64,000 nt of DNA. It comes from Desulfobacteraceae bacterium Eth-SRB1. GTDB taxonomy: Bacteria > Desulfobacterota > Desulfobacteria > Desulfobacterales > ETH-SRB1. Positions 9,949 through 19,858 of this stretch are shown one piece after another. Made by a program: the position numbers and the translations under genes. The stretch covers positions 274,156 through 338,155 of the forward strand of contig RPGP01000001.1 in NCBI GenBank assembly GCA_004193555.1, in the 5' to 3' direction. Every line of letters starts with the position of its first letter. Positions within the stretch are counted from its first letter, which is position 1. The notes beneath the pieces were generated by a model, which did not search any database, was not told the DNA's origin, and saw only the letters and a list, made by a program, of their open reading frames with translations.

Positions 9949-10232
9949 AAGTTTTCATCGACAGTTTTAGAAAATTCAGGGTCTAAATCTTTGATGTTGT
10001 CTAATATGGACGAAGCGAATTTATGTATTATATCAATTTGTTCAAGCATTACAGACTGATCTGGATTTATTATTTGATAATAATCATATTTTATTTCTTT
10101 TGGCGCACTAATTTGTATATTTGTATTTACAGTATCCAAGTTGATTGTTGTTGGAGCGCCGAGATATGAATAGAATAAAACACCAGCGGTAACGGTGCTT
10201 CCGACAACATTTCTAAATTGTGGCACTAACAT
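9933..10232 (-). CDS. hypothetical protein (99 aa)
   Basis: Tightly packed between the two flanking ORFs, with a 1-nt gap to the upstream gene. No family recognised. Confidence 0.4.
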   Translation of the reverse strand: MLVPQFRNVVGSTVTAGVLFYSYLGAPTTINLDTVNTNIQISAPKEIKYDYYQIINPDQSVMLEQIDIIHKFASSILDNIKDLDPEFSKTVDENFWDLI

Positions 10233-10233
10233 C

Positions 10234-10956
10234 TTATTTTTCCTCGTAAACTGGATTTAATGATGACAAAAATTCGTTTCCTAATAAATTAAAAAATAGT
10301 GTTTTTTCAGCATGGTGCGCGCATTCTATCGCGTCTTGAAAGTTGCCAAACTTATCAATTTCCACATTAGTATCTATATCGATAATAGAACCTTTTATAA
10401 TCTGGTTTTCAATAGCTACTTCGGCATGATTTATTAGCTTGAGATTACTTGCACCATATTCGTATGGAAATTCTGAAGAAAAATTTATTTTATTATCATT
10501 AATCTGCTCGTCATTAAGTAGTATTTTTAAGTTTGATTTGTTGAAGACATTAATGTCTGGAAATACATTAATGTATCTAAGCGCAGTGCGATAATGTTTA
10601 TTGATTAATTTTAACTCTGATAACTTATTATAAGTATCATATATTTTTTTAGAAAATTTATCCCAGCCGCAATAATCCTTCAAATTTGCCAACGAGAAAA
10701 CTTTAGGGCCAATTTGAATAATAAAATTATCTTTTTTAATTTTGTAATAAGGCGTAAATTTGAGATTAGTGTCTTGGTTTCTGATTGCAGCAGGTAATTG
10801 TAAAACTGGCAATTGTTCTACTTGTTGAAATTCATCCTTAAACTGGTTATAAACGATTCCAAAAATTGCATCGTCAGGCAAAGATGCCTCGAATCGAACT
10901 TCGAAAATGACCTCAATAATTGGACATGGATCTATTGAAACTGGCAATTTATTCAT
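10234..10956 (-). CDS. TIGR04255-family protein (function unknown)
   Basis: The N-terminal signature PIIEVIFEVRFEASLP and the 240-aa length fit my memory of the TIGR04255 family. Not verified by search. Confidence 0.55.
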   Translation of the reverse strand: MNKLPVSIDPCPIIEVIFEVRFEASLPDDAIFGIVYNQFKDEFQQVEQLPVLQLPAAIRNQDTNLKFTPYYKIKKDNFIIQIGPKVFSLANLKDYCGWDKFSKKIYDTYNKLSELKLINKHYRTALRYINVFPDINVFNKSNLKILLNDEQINDNKINFSSEFPYEYGASNLKLINHAEVAIENQIIKGSIIDIDTNVEIDKFGNFQDAIECAHHAEKTLFFNLLGNEFLSSLNPVYEEK

Positions 10957-11547
10957 TATATAATCCCCAAATGTCGTATATTTTATTCATATTACGTAAT
11001 TACTGTTAGACAATTTTACCTTGCTTTGCAATAATAAATTTTATTATGATTTTTTAAATACCCCATCCGCTTGCGGCGGGGAGCTTCATTCTGCTTTATA
11101 TCAAGCGATTTGCCGTCCATCATTTTTTCCCCTTATTATTTAAAACCAGCTATTCGATCTTTATTCTATTATAGCCTAACCTACAAGATATTTTCAGGCA
11201 GGTATAATCTCAACTGTCTTATCGCCTTCTTTCAGGATTTTTTCTTCACATAAAGTGATAATTTTTCCGGTTCCAAGGCCAGGTTCTTTCATTGCACAAA
11301 CCAGCAACATAACTTACCGGTTTGCTGACGAATTAGCAATATCAGTTTCCGATATTAATTTCCGATAAGTTGTTCTGTCAAAAAAGCGGAATCTTTTTAC
11401 CAGTGTTCCTGGTATAAGTTCAGGCCACGAGAGGTCGTGCGAGTTTGTATTCATTTTGTTTATTTTTCATTTGTTTGAAATGTCGCTTTATTTCTGATAC
11501 TAATTAAAAATAGGTAGTTACTACTGCACAGAAAAATAAAAATCAAT

Positions 11548-12339
11548 ATGACACCTGAAAAGCTGAAAAAAAAGCTCGACACCCTTTATGATAAATATAA
11601 CCGGCGCAGGTATGTTCATCCTGACCCCCTCGAATTTCTGTATTCATACAAAGATATCAGAGACCGTGAAATAGCCGGGCTCATTGCTTCTTCACTTGCG
11701 TACGGCAGGGTTGCACAAATTTTAAAGAGCGTTGCATATGTGTTAGACATTATGAATCCGTCCCCTTACCTGTTTTTAAAAAATTCAACCTATACATCGA
11801 TTAACAGGACTTTTGCAGGTTTTACACACAGGTTTGCCAATGGAAGTGAGCTTGCTGCTTTACTTTTTGAAATAAAAAACGTGATTAACCGATTTGGCTC
11901 CCTCCATGAATGTTTTTTAGACGGTTTTTCGGAAGATGATGAGAACATTATCCCTGCCATGACTTTTTTTGCAATGCAACTTACTGCTGGAAGAAAGAAA
12001 CCGGGACATCTTATCGCCCTTCCTGAAAAAGGTAGCGCATGCAAGAGAATGAATCTTTTTTTAAGGTGGATGGTAAGAAAAGACAGGGTTGATCCGGGAG
12101 GATGGGCCGGCATACCGTTATCCAGTCTCATAATCCCCATTGATATACACATGCACAGAATAAGCCTTGCTTTGAATGTCACAAAAAGAAAACAGGCAAA
12201 TATGCGTACTGCTCTTGAGATAACATCCGGTTTTACAAAAATAGTCCCTGAAGATCCGGTTAAATACGATTTTGTGCTAACCCGCTTTGGAATAAGAAAT
12301 GATATGGATATTGATGATTTTATTGATCAGGTTAAATAA
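11548..12339 (+). CDS. TIGR02757 / DUF2400-family protein
   Basis: 263 aa with the motifs DPLEFLY, IAGLIASSLAYGRVAQILKS and IPIDIHMHRIS, which are typical of the DUF2400 family. Confidence 0.65.
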   Translation: MTPEKLKKKLDTLYDKYNRRRYVHPDPLEFLYSYKDIRDREIAGLIASSLAYGRVAQILKSVAYVLDIMNPSPYLFLKNSTYTSINRTFAGFTHRFANGSELAALLFEIKNVINRFGSLHECFLDGFSEDDENIIPAMTFFAMQLTAGRKKPGHLIALPEKGSACKRMNLFLRWMVRKDRVDPGGWAGIPLSSLIIPIDIHMHRISLALNVTKRKQANMRTALEITSGFTKIVPEDPVKYDFVLTRFGIRNDMDIDDFIDQVK

Positions 12340-12423
12340 ATATGTTATTTTTTAAAAAAAGCATCTCACGCAAAGGCGCAAAGTTTTCAGGAAAATTAAA
12401 GACGCCCACAATTTCAATGAAAT

Positions 12424-13785
12424 TTGTCTATATTCACTATGAGTAAACTATTGCTTAAAAAAATAATATCCAATCAAAAAAACCTGGAACGTATCCTTGA
12501 CAGTATAAAGGATGGTATAATTGCGCATGATTTGAATAGGCGCATTTTTTATTTTAACAGGGAAGCAGAGAAAATAACCGGGTACAGCAGAAAAGAAATT
12601 CTTGGAAAGGATTGCCATAAAGCGTTTGGCGAACCTTTCTGCGGGGAGCGCTGCTCATTTTGCGGCGATAAACCGGTATTGAGTGATAGATCCGAATATT
12701 TGATGAATATAATAACAAAAGATGGCGAGTCCAGACAGGTTGAAATGTCTGTTGTTATGATGAAAGATGAAAAAAATCATGATTTCGGAGTTCTTGCCTG
12801 TTTTAGGGACATTACCGATTTGTTATACCTTAAGATCAAAGCCGGAGAGCTTGCCGGATTTTCCAACATCGTCGGCAGGAGCAGTAAAATGCTCATGCTG
12901 TTCAGACAAATAAAAGATGTGGCCGGATACGATTACCCTGTGCATATTTCCGGAGAAACCGGAACCGGTAAAGAATTGGTTGCAAAAGCAATTCATAATG
13001 AAAGCCGGCGGGGGGGCGCTCCGTTTGTGCCTATTAACTGTGGCGCTCTTCCCGGAGGTCTTATTGAAAGCGAACTCTTCGGTCATGTTAAGGGAGCTTT
13101 TTCAGGCGCAATCCGGGATAAAAAAGGAAGGTTTGAGCTTGCAGACAGAGGCAGTATTTTACTTGATGAAATTACGGAACTTTCAAAGCCGCTGCAGGTA
13201 AAGCTTCTGAGATTTTTGCAGGATGGAACTTTTGAAAAAGTCGGCGGCGAAAAAACCGTATCGGTTAATGTTCGTGTGATAAGCGCAACCAACAGGGACC
13301 TTAAAAAGGAGGTGCAGAAGAACAATTTCCGTAAAGATCTCTATTACAGACTCAATGTTATTCCGATACATATTCCCCCACTCCGTGAAAGAAAAACCGA
13401 CATTCCTCTTCTCATCGATTATTTCCTGAGCCAGGCGGAAAATGAAGATAAACAATCAATAAAAATATCGAATGAAGCCCTTTCTGTAATGATGGACTAT
13501 GACTGGCCCGGCAATGTTCGGGAACTTCAGAATGCTGTCTCATTTTCGATTGTAAAATGCCGCAAAGGTATTATTAAACCAGATGATCTGCCCATGGAAC
13601 TTAAAGCTTTTAAAAGCAGCATTCACACACGCGGCCCATCCGTGAAGCTGGATATTGATGCAGTCAATAAAGCCCTTTTAAAAACAGGCGGTAATAAAGC
13701 AAAAGCAGCCAGGGTCCTCGGGGTCGGACGGGCGACTCTTTACAGGTTTTTAGGGAATTATCCGGCAATACTCAAATCTAATTAA
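12424..13785 (+). CDS. sigma-54-dependent transcriptional activator (PAS, AAA+ and Fis-type HTH domains)
   Basis: PAS-like N-terminus, Walker A GETGTGKE, ESELFGHVKGAFSGA (GAFTGA-type loop), and C-terminal GGNKAKAARVLGVGRATLYRFL. Confidence 0.9.
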   Translation: MSIFTMSKLLLKKIISNQKNLERILDSIKDGIIAHDLNRRIFYFNREAEKITGYSRKEILGKDCHKAFGEPFCGERCSFCGDKPVLSDRSEYLMNIITKDGESRQVEMSVVMMKDEKNHDFGVLACFRDITDLLYLKIKAGELAGFSNIVGRSSKMLMLFRQIKDVAGYDYPVHISGETGTGKELVAKAIHNESRRGGAPFVPINCGALPGGLIESELFGHVKGAFSGAIRDKKGRFELADRGSILLDEITELSKPLQVKLLRFLQDGTFEKVGGEKTVSVNVRVISATNRDLKKEVQKNNFRKDLYYRLNVIPIHIPPLRERKTDIPLLIDYFLSQAENEDKQSIKISNEALSVMMDYDWPGNVRELQNAVSFSIVKCRKGIIKPDDLPMELKAFKSSIHTRGPSVKLDIDAVNKALLKTGGNKAKAARVLGVGRATLYRFLGNYPAILKSN

Positions 13786-14248
13786 TGACCAGCACCGAAA
13801 TATTCTTAACCAGGTTAAACACTTTTTGTGAAATACTGCCAAGAATAAACTCCTTAATTCCAGACTGCCCTCTTCTTCCCATGATAATGGTGTGATAACC
13901 GGATTGCGTTTCTTTAACGATATCCCTTGCAACTCCCTTTTTTTTGCGTTTTGCCTTTATGGTTACATTCTTTTTTTTAAACCCTGCATCTATTAAGATT
14001 TGCCGTGCTTTTTGAAGTGCGTTGTCAACCAGGTCCTTTTTTTTCTCTTCAAGTGTACAAAAGGACTTTTGTTGAGATTTAAAATATGGGGTTAATTCCG
14101 GGCTATTCATATCACACAAGGTGGCGGTGTCCTGGACTATATTTAACAGTGTAATTTTATTGTCCGTGGCAAAATTTTTTGCCACATATTCCACTGCCCG
14201 CATAGCGTTTTCAGAGTCATCAAATGCTACAAGTATTTTTTTATCCAT
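13778..14248 (-). CDS. universal stress protein (UspA family)
   Basis: 156 aa with MDKKILVAFDDSENAMRAVEY and a C-terminal ATP-binding motif IIMGRRGQSGIKEFILGSISQKV. Confidence 0.85.
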   Translation of the reverse strand: MDKKILVAFDDSENAMRAVEYVAKNFATDNKITLLNIVQDTATLCDMNSPELTPYFKSQQKSFCTLEEKKKDLVDNALQKARQILIDAGFKKKNVTIKAKRKKKGVARDIVKETQSGYHTIIMGRRGQSGIKEFILGSISQKVFNLVKNISVLVIN

Positions 14249-14432
14249 GAGTTATCTCCTCCTTATTATTATATAATTTAATCCACAGATTACGCAGATT
14301 CCACAAATTTTTGCAAGCTATTGATTAAGTTCCCCGATGCTTGCGTTGAAACCTTTGCAAAACACTCCCCTTTTGCTTCCCGCTCGTAGCTAAATCAGGC
14401 TCAAACTTTAATCAGCCTTGAGAGACTAATAC

Positions 14433-14781
14433 TGCTGCCGTCAAGTACCTTCGGCATAGCCGGAGGCTTGATGGTTACGCCCTCAAAGGGCGGCTTAAGA
14501 CCATGAGCCGCTCAGGGCGGGGTACCCACGTACTCCAGTTATTGGTTCTAAAATCCGAATCCATTTCTGAAACACAATACTCGGATTCTCAAAATACTGA
14601 TGGGTTGCTATTGTCGAAATTTAAACGTGTCCCGAATACCTTTCTGATACCCGTGATTACTTTTGTTATTTGGTCTATTAATTATTTACCAGAGATTGAG
14701 TTGTCTACCGCCTGATTATTCCAGGAACTGTCAAACTCTGGGAGTCCCCCGGCATAGCCGGGGGTTTACCATGGTTAATTA
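14433..14781 (+). repeat. copy B of the 0.32-kb hairpin-ended non-coding element
   Basis: Aligns end to end with 8981-9304. It carries an extra 25 nt (ttaagaccatgagccgctcagggcg region). Its hairpins are ccttcgg-catag-ccggagg and cccccgg-catag-ccggggg. Confidence 0.85.
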
Positions 14782-15102
14782 AACATTTTTCAAAGGTCTC
14801 ATACTGTTATGTATCTTCGCCACATAAGCCGAACTGTTGAGGTCGAGTCACAACATCTTGACAATCTCCGACTCTTTTTTTTATATAGCTTAAATATATG
14901 TTATGCAATATAAATGACAAAAGAATGAAAAATTCCTTTATGAAGAACCGGACAAACCATGGTGCAGGGGTACCGTGGACAGAGTCCGATATCGAGTTAA
15001 GAGAAATGATTTGACTTGCATATAACAATTTCATATTTTAACAGAAAATAAGTGGTTACAAATTTAACGAACGCCTAAAAAGGGAAAGACAAAAAATATT
15101 AT

Positions 15103-16575
15103 ATGAGCTGTAATATACTGATCAATGCGGTAGATCCTGAAGAATGCAGAATTGCAAAGGTTAAAGATGGCAAACTGAAAGAATTTCATATTGAAAGCGC
15201 TGCAAGGGAAATCACCCACGGCAACATATACAAAGCTGTCATTGCCCGTGTAGAGCCCAGCCTTCAGGCTGTATTTGTCGATTATGGCTTAGATCGGCAC
15301 GGGTTTTTGCAGAAACATGAAATACATAGTGAATACTTTCAAGATAATCAGCCGGGAGTACATTCCATAAAAAATATGGTTAAGCGCGGCCAGGAACTTG
15401 TTGTGCAGATCACAAAAGATCCTTTCATGAAAAAAGGGGCTATGCTTACAACATATATTTCTTTGCCCGGAAGGTTTCTGGTTCTTATGCCGGGAAGCGA
15501 TACAAAGGGCATTTCACGCAAAATTGAAGATGAGGCGGAAAGAAACCGTCTGAAGGATATAATAAACGGGCTGAACCTGCCCGAAGGATTCGGCATCATC
15601 GTCCGTACTGCCGGTATAAATTGTACAAAGGCGCTCCTGTCCAAAGATTTGGCATATCTCCTGCGGCTATGGAAAAACATCAAAAAAAATGTGATGAACA
15701 CAAAGGCTCCGGCGCTTCTTTACAAAGAAAGAAATCTGGTTTTAAGATCCATCCGAGACTATTTTGCATCCGATGTTACTGAAATTCTTATAGATGATGC
15801 TGCAGTGTACCGTGAAACAAAAGATTTTATGCATATCATATCTCCGAAACAGACCAAAATAGTCAAACTTTATAAGAGCGACAAACCGATATTTACAAAA
15901 TATCAGCTTGAAGACCAGATTGCGTCCATATTTAAAAATCGTGTTAACCTAAAATCCGGCGGTTCCATTGTAATAGAACAAACCGAAGCTTTGGTATCAA
16001 TAGATGTAAATTCAGGCAAGGCAACGCAGAAAAAAACTGTTGAACAGACAGCATTTACAACTAATATTGAAGCTGCCGAGGAGATTGCACGTCAATTGCG
16101 ATTAAGGGATCTGGGCGGGCTTATAGTGCTTGATTTCATAGACATGAGAGACTCGAAGCATAAGGCAGAAGTTGAAAAGACTTTAAAAGCCCATGTAAAG
16201 GGGGACAAGGCCAAGACAAAAATTGGAAAAATCTCAAAGTTTGGGCTGATTGAAATGTCACGGCAGAGGATCAGGCCGTCTATTGAATCCGCAAGTTTTG
16301 ACCACTGCAAATACTGCAAGGGGAAAGGGCTGATACCTTCTCCAGAAGCCCTGGGGGTGGGTTTTTTGCGCAAACTTCGTCTTGAAACATTAAAAGAAGG
16401 AATAACCTGTGTAACAGCGATGATCCCGGTTGAGGTCGCCCACTATATACTAAATAAAAAGCGCAGGGAAATCATAGAACTGGAAGACAGGCGTAAGCTC
16501 TCCATTGCGATCAAGGGGGACAAAGCGATGATCCCGGGGGAGAGCAATATTATTTGTGAAAAACAGAAGAAGTGA
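15103..16575 (+). CDS. rng: ribonuclease G (Rne/Rng family)
   Basis: 490 aa. S1-domain start GNIYKAVIARVEPSLQAVFVDYG, followed by SIVIEQTEALVSIDVNSGK and LGGLIVLDFIDM catalytic-core motifs. Confidence 0.85.
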   Translation: MSCNILINAVDPEECRIAKVKDGKLKEFHIESAAREITHGNIYKAVIARVEPSLQAVFVDYGLDRHGFLQKHEIHSEYFQDNQPGVHSIKNMVKRGQELVVQITKDPFMKKGAMLTTYISLPGRFLVLMPGSDTKGISRKIEDEAERNRLKDIINGLNLPEGFGIIVRTAGINCTKALLSKDLAYLLRLWKNIKKNVMNTKAPALLYKERNLVLRSIRDYFASDVTEILIDDAAVYRETKDFMHIISPKQTKIVKLYKSDKPIFTKYQLEDQIASIFKNRVNLKSGGSIVIEQTEALVSIDVNSGKATQKKTVEQTAFTTNIEAAEEIARQLRLRDLGGLIVLDFIDMRDSKHKAEVEKTLKAHVKGDKAKTKIGKISKFGLIEMSRQRIRPSIESASFDHCKYCKGKGLIPSPEALGVGFLRKLRLETLKEGITCVTAMIPVEVAHYILNKKRREIIELEDRRKLSIAIKGDKAMIPGESNIICEKQKK

Positions 16576-16581
16576 TAATTT

Positions 16582-17340
16582 ATGCCTCAACAAAACAGTC
16601 AAAAGATTGTTGGTATTATTGTAATCTGTGCGGTTATTATCGCTGCGGCTGCAACAGGTTTATGGTTGTGGACAAAGGAGGGGAAAGATGCTGTTTCAAA
16701 AACAATGCCTCCAAAAGCTCAAATGCCTGTTAAATCCCAGTCTGTCATAGATTACAATAAGCTGGAAAAAGATAAGAATCTTCAGGCTCTTATTCAGAAG
16801 CGTAAAACAGACTTCGGGGTTGAAAAAGGGGTTGACATTATAGTCAAATCCGATGAATCCGTCAAAATTGGCGATTCAACAATCCCTATGCAGGAGATTC
16901 TGGATAAGATACGTCTTAAATCAGGCGATATTATTGAACAAGATATAAGTTCCGGAAAAAAGGAGCCTGAAAACAGCGTAGAATCATTTGGAATATATGT
17001 AGTCCAACCCGGAGACAACATCTGGAATATACATTTTCAATTTTTAACGGAATATTTTGACCACAAAGGCATTAGACTTTCTCCTGTTTCCGACGAACCT
17101 GACAGACTGGGCTTTAGTTCCGGAGTGGGCAAACTTTTAAAATTTTCAGAACACACTGTTTATATTTACAACATCAAAGAAAGAAAACTGGATGTTGACC
17201 TTAACCTGATTGTTCCGTTAAGTAAAATTGTTGTTTACCGGATGGACCGGATTTTTACACTTCTGGATCAAATCGATTATAAACAGATAAACCGGATCCG
17301 GTTTGACGGTGAAACGCTGTGGATACCTGCGGAACAGTGA
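16582..17340 (+). CDS. membrane-anchored hypothetical protein with a LysM-like segment
   Basis: N-terminal TM helix (IVGIIVICAVIIAAAATGLWLW) and YVVQPGDNIWNI, which resembles a LysM core. Confidence 0.45.
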   Translation: MPQQNSQKIVGIIVICAVIIAAAATGLWLWTKEGKDAVSKTMPPKAQMPVKSQSVIDYNKLEKDKNLQALIQKRKTDFGVEKGVDIIVKSDESVKIGDSTIPMQEILDKIRLKSGDIIEQDISSGKKEPENSVESFGIYVVQPGDNIWNIHFQFLTEYFDHKGIRLSPVSDEPDRLGFSSGVGKLLKFSEHTVYIYNIKERKLDVDLNLIVPLSKIVVYRMDRIFTLLDQIDYKQINRIRFDGETLWIPAEQ

Positions 17341-17415
17341 AAAAGTGGAAAAGTGGAAAACCAGCAACGAGTAACGAGTAACAGGTAACCAGCTAAAACA
17401 GGAAAGTACAGGATT

Positions 17416-18711
17416 ATGATAGAACGATATACAAGAAAAATAATGGGAGATATCTGGACCGACGAGAACAGATATAAGGCATGGCTGCAAGTTGAGATAC
17501 TTGCCTGTGAGGCGCTGGCAAAAATTGGGAAAATCCCCCGAAAGTCGCTTAAAAATATCCAGAAAAAAGCCGGCTTTTCCGTTAAAAGAATCGAAGAGAT
17601 CGAGGCTGAAACAAAACATGATGTTATCGCCTTTCTGACAAGTGTCGCAGAACATGTGGGGCCGGACTCAAGATATATTCACATGGGCCTCACCTCCTCA
17701 GATGTTCTTGATACAAGCATGGCGTATCTTCTCAGGCAGGCGGGCACAATTATTCTCAAAGATTGCGGCAGCCTTTTAAATGTTATAAAGAAAAAAGCTC
17801 TAAAGCATAAAAATACCGCAATGATCGGACGCTCACACGGGATACACGCAGAGCCGATCACCTTTGGGTTGAAATTAGCGGTCTGGTATGATGAAATGCG
17901 CAGAAACAGAAATAGATTTAAGAGGGCTGTTGAAACTGTCAGTTTTGGAAAACTTTCAGGCGCGGTAGGAACATTCGCAAATATTCCTCCGGTTATTGAG
18001 GCATATGTATGCAAAAAGCTGAAGCTCAAACCTGCTCCTGCCTCGACTCAGATAGTTCAAAGGGACCGTTATGCCGAATATTTTACAACCCTGGCCATCA
18101 TGGCCTCATCCATTGAAAAAATGGCTCTTGAAATAAGGCATTTGCAAAGGACCGAAGTCCTTGAGGCGGAAGAGTTTTTTTCAAAAGGCCAGAAAGGTTC
18201 TTCGGCCATGCCTCACAAGAGAAATCCAATTGGATCTGAAAATCTTTGCGGTCTTGCCCGCATTATACGATCAAACGCCATGGCATCCCTGGAAAATATC
18301 CCGCTGTGGCATGAACGGGATATCAGCCATTCCTCCGTGGAAAGGATCATTGCCCCTGACTGCACAATATTAATGGATTATATGTTAAACAGGATTACAG
18401 GTATAATAAAAAATCTTGTTGTATATCCCAAAAGAATGGAAGAAAATCTTAACACGCTGAAAGGCCTGATCTTTTCACAGCAGATATTGATAGCCCTCGC
18501 AGAATCGGGCATGTCCCGTGAAAATGCCTACAAAATTGTACAGGAACAGGCTATGCAGGTATGGGATAAAAAACATGATTTTAAAGATCTGATTATGAAC
18601 AACAGAAAGATTTGCAACCGGCTCGGCAAGGAAAAAATCAAAGAAATATTTGACGTAAGCTATCATTTAAAGTATATCAGCGCCATTTTTAAACGTGTAT
18701 TTGTTAGGTAA
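17416..18711 (+). CDS. purB: adenylosuccinate lyase
   Basis: 431 aa with MIERYTR..MGDIW, HMGLTSSDVLDT and the lyase signature SSAMPHKRNPIGSENL. Confidence 0.92.
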   Translation: MIERYTRKIMGDIWTDENRYKAWLQVEILACEALAKIGKIPRKSLKNIQKKAGFSVKRIEEIEAETKHDVIAFLTSVAEHVGPDSRYIHMGLTSSDVLDTSMAYLLRQAGTIILKDCGSLLNVIKKKALKHKNTAMIGRSHGIHAEPITFGLKLAVWYDEMRRNRNRFKRAVETVSFGKLSGAVGTFANIPPVIEAYVCKKLKLKPAPASTQIVQRDRYAEYFTTLAIMASSIEKMALEIRHLQRTEVLEAEEFFSKGQKGSSAMPHKRNPIGSENLCGLARIIRSNAMASLENIPLWHERDISHSSVERIIAPDCTILMDYMLNRITGIIKNLVVYPKRMEENLNTLKGLIFSQQILIALAESGMSRENAYKIVQEQAMQVWDKKHDFKDLIMNNRKICNRLGKEKIKEIFDVSYHLKYISAIFKRVFVR

Positions 18712-18725
18712 CGGGGGCAGCAAAG

Positions 18726-19355
18726 TTGATCAACAAGTATTTTGTTAAAATATTATTAATTTTTGTTGTTATCCTTTGCCTGGGATGTCAGGCTTTTGAA
18801 CCGATTAAACAGCTTCAAGAATCATCTGATCCATATCATGGCAGTTCTTACAAGTCGGAATTTGATAAATGGACCAGGGAAGCACGTATTTACGTAGGTC
18901 TTGATGTTAAATTGATAGCTTCCGCTACTTTTAAGTCGTCTCAATTTAGAGATGCCTATTCAACCGAGTATGCCAGGATTCACAGGCTAACCCACGCAGA
19001 AAAGGAAAAATTTGTAAAGGATCAAAGAAAGGCAGCCGCAGCTTACAATGATTTTGTGCTGGCCGCATATGTCCCGGATAAAAAGTGGAACGATTTCAGT
19101 AAAAAGGATTCTATCTGGAAAATATATTTGACTGTAGGAAAAAACAAACTGCTTAAACCGGTAGAAATTCGAAAGATTAAAAAAATTAATGCTGTCACAG
19201 CCCACTTTTTCCCATTTATATCGCCATGGAAATCTGTCTATCTTGTCAGGTTTCCGGCAGACGACAAAACTATTGTTGATGGCAACGCCTTAAATATTAA
19301 ACTTATTATAACCGGTGTGTTTGGTTCTGCTGAAATGGTTTGGAATAAAAAATGA
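18726..19355 (+). CDS. putative lipoprotein, function unknown
   Basis: Signal peptide with the lipobox-like sequence VILCLGCQA. No family recognised. Confidence 0.5.
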   Translation: MINKYFVKILLIFVVILCLGCQAFEPIKQLQESSDPYHGSSYKSEFDKWTREARIYVGLDVKLIASATFKSSQFRDAYSTEYARIHRLTHAEKEKFVKDQRKAAAAYNDFVLAAYVPDKKWNDFSKKDSIWKIYLTVGKNKLLKPVEIRKIKKINAVTAHFFPFISPWKSVYLVRFPADDKTIVDGNALNIKLIITGVFGSAEMVWNKK

Positions 19356-19370
19356 TGTATTCGTAAAAAA

Positions 19371-19398
19371 TCGAATTCATCAGGTGTTAGGTGTTAAG
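19371..19398. repeat. left arm of a perfect 28-bp inverted repeat flanking yajC
   Basis: tcgaattcatcaggtgttaggtgttaag is the exact reverse complement of 20064-20091. Confidence 0.9.
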
Positions 19399-19513
19399 AT
19401 AAAATATTTAATTGTCATATCAAATGATTAACATTTGACACATTTCGCAAATAGCAATTCTTGGACTTTTTACGAATACATTAAAATTTAGTAACTTAGA
19501 AGGAGGATTAATC

Positions 19514-19858
19514 TTGATTAGTTTAGCATATGCAATGGGCCAGGGTGGAGCAGGCGGTCAGGGAGCAGGTGGGTTTTCATCTTTTATCCCTATTATATTA
19601 ATGTTCGCTATATTCTATTTTTTGCTGATCCGGCCACAGCAAAAAAAGCAGAAAGATCACCGCACAATGATCAGCAGCCTTAAAAAGGGAGACCAGATAG
19701 TAACAACCGGCGGTCTTTATGGACGTATCACAGGTATAAGTGATACCGTAATAACATTGGAAATAGCGGAAAAAGTTCGTGTAAAGGTTAATCGAAGCAG
19801 TGTTACTGCATTAAACCAGCCGGCTCAGCAGCCCCAGCAGGAAAAAAACAGCAACTAA
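19514..19858 (+). CDS. yajC: preprotein translocase subunit YajC
   Basis: TM helix followed by FYFLLIRPQQKKQKDHRTMISSLKKGDQIVTTGGLYGRI, located upstream of secDF. Confidence 0.9.
   Translation: MISLAYAMGQGGAGGQGAGGFSSFIPIILMFAIFYFLLIRPQQKKQKDHRTMISSLKKGDQIVTTGGLYGRITGISDTVITLEIAEKVRVKVNRSSVTALNQPAQQPQQEKNSN

Noticed and set aside
11225-11460. Short reverse-strand readings (MNTNSHDLSWPELIPGTLVKRFRFF... and ...MKEPGLGTGKIITLCEEKILKEGDKTVEIIPA) upstream of the DUF2400 gene
   Set aside because: They lie in two different frames, I could not assign either to a family with confidence, and both are under 50 codons. They may be another gene relic, but this is not supportable from the sequence alone.
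14503-14715. 70-aa ORF inside repeat copy B
   Set aside because: Its start codon lies in the 25-nt segment that copy A lacks. The sequence is low-complexity and AT-rich with no protein-like features, so the repeat is better read as non-coding.
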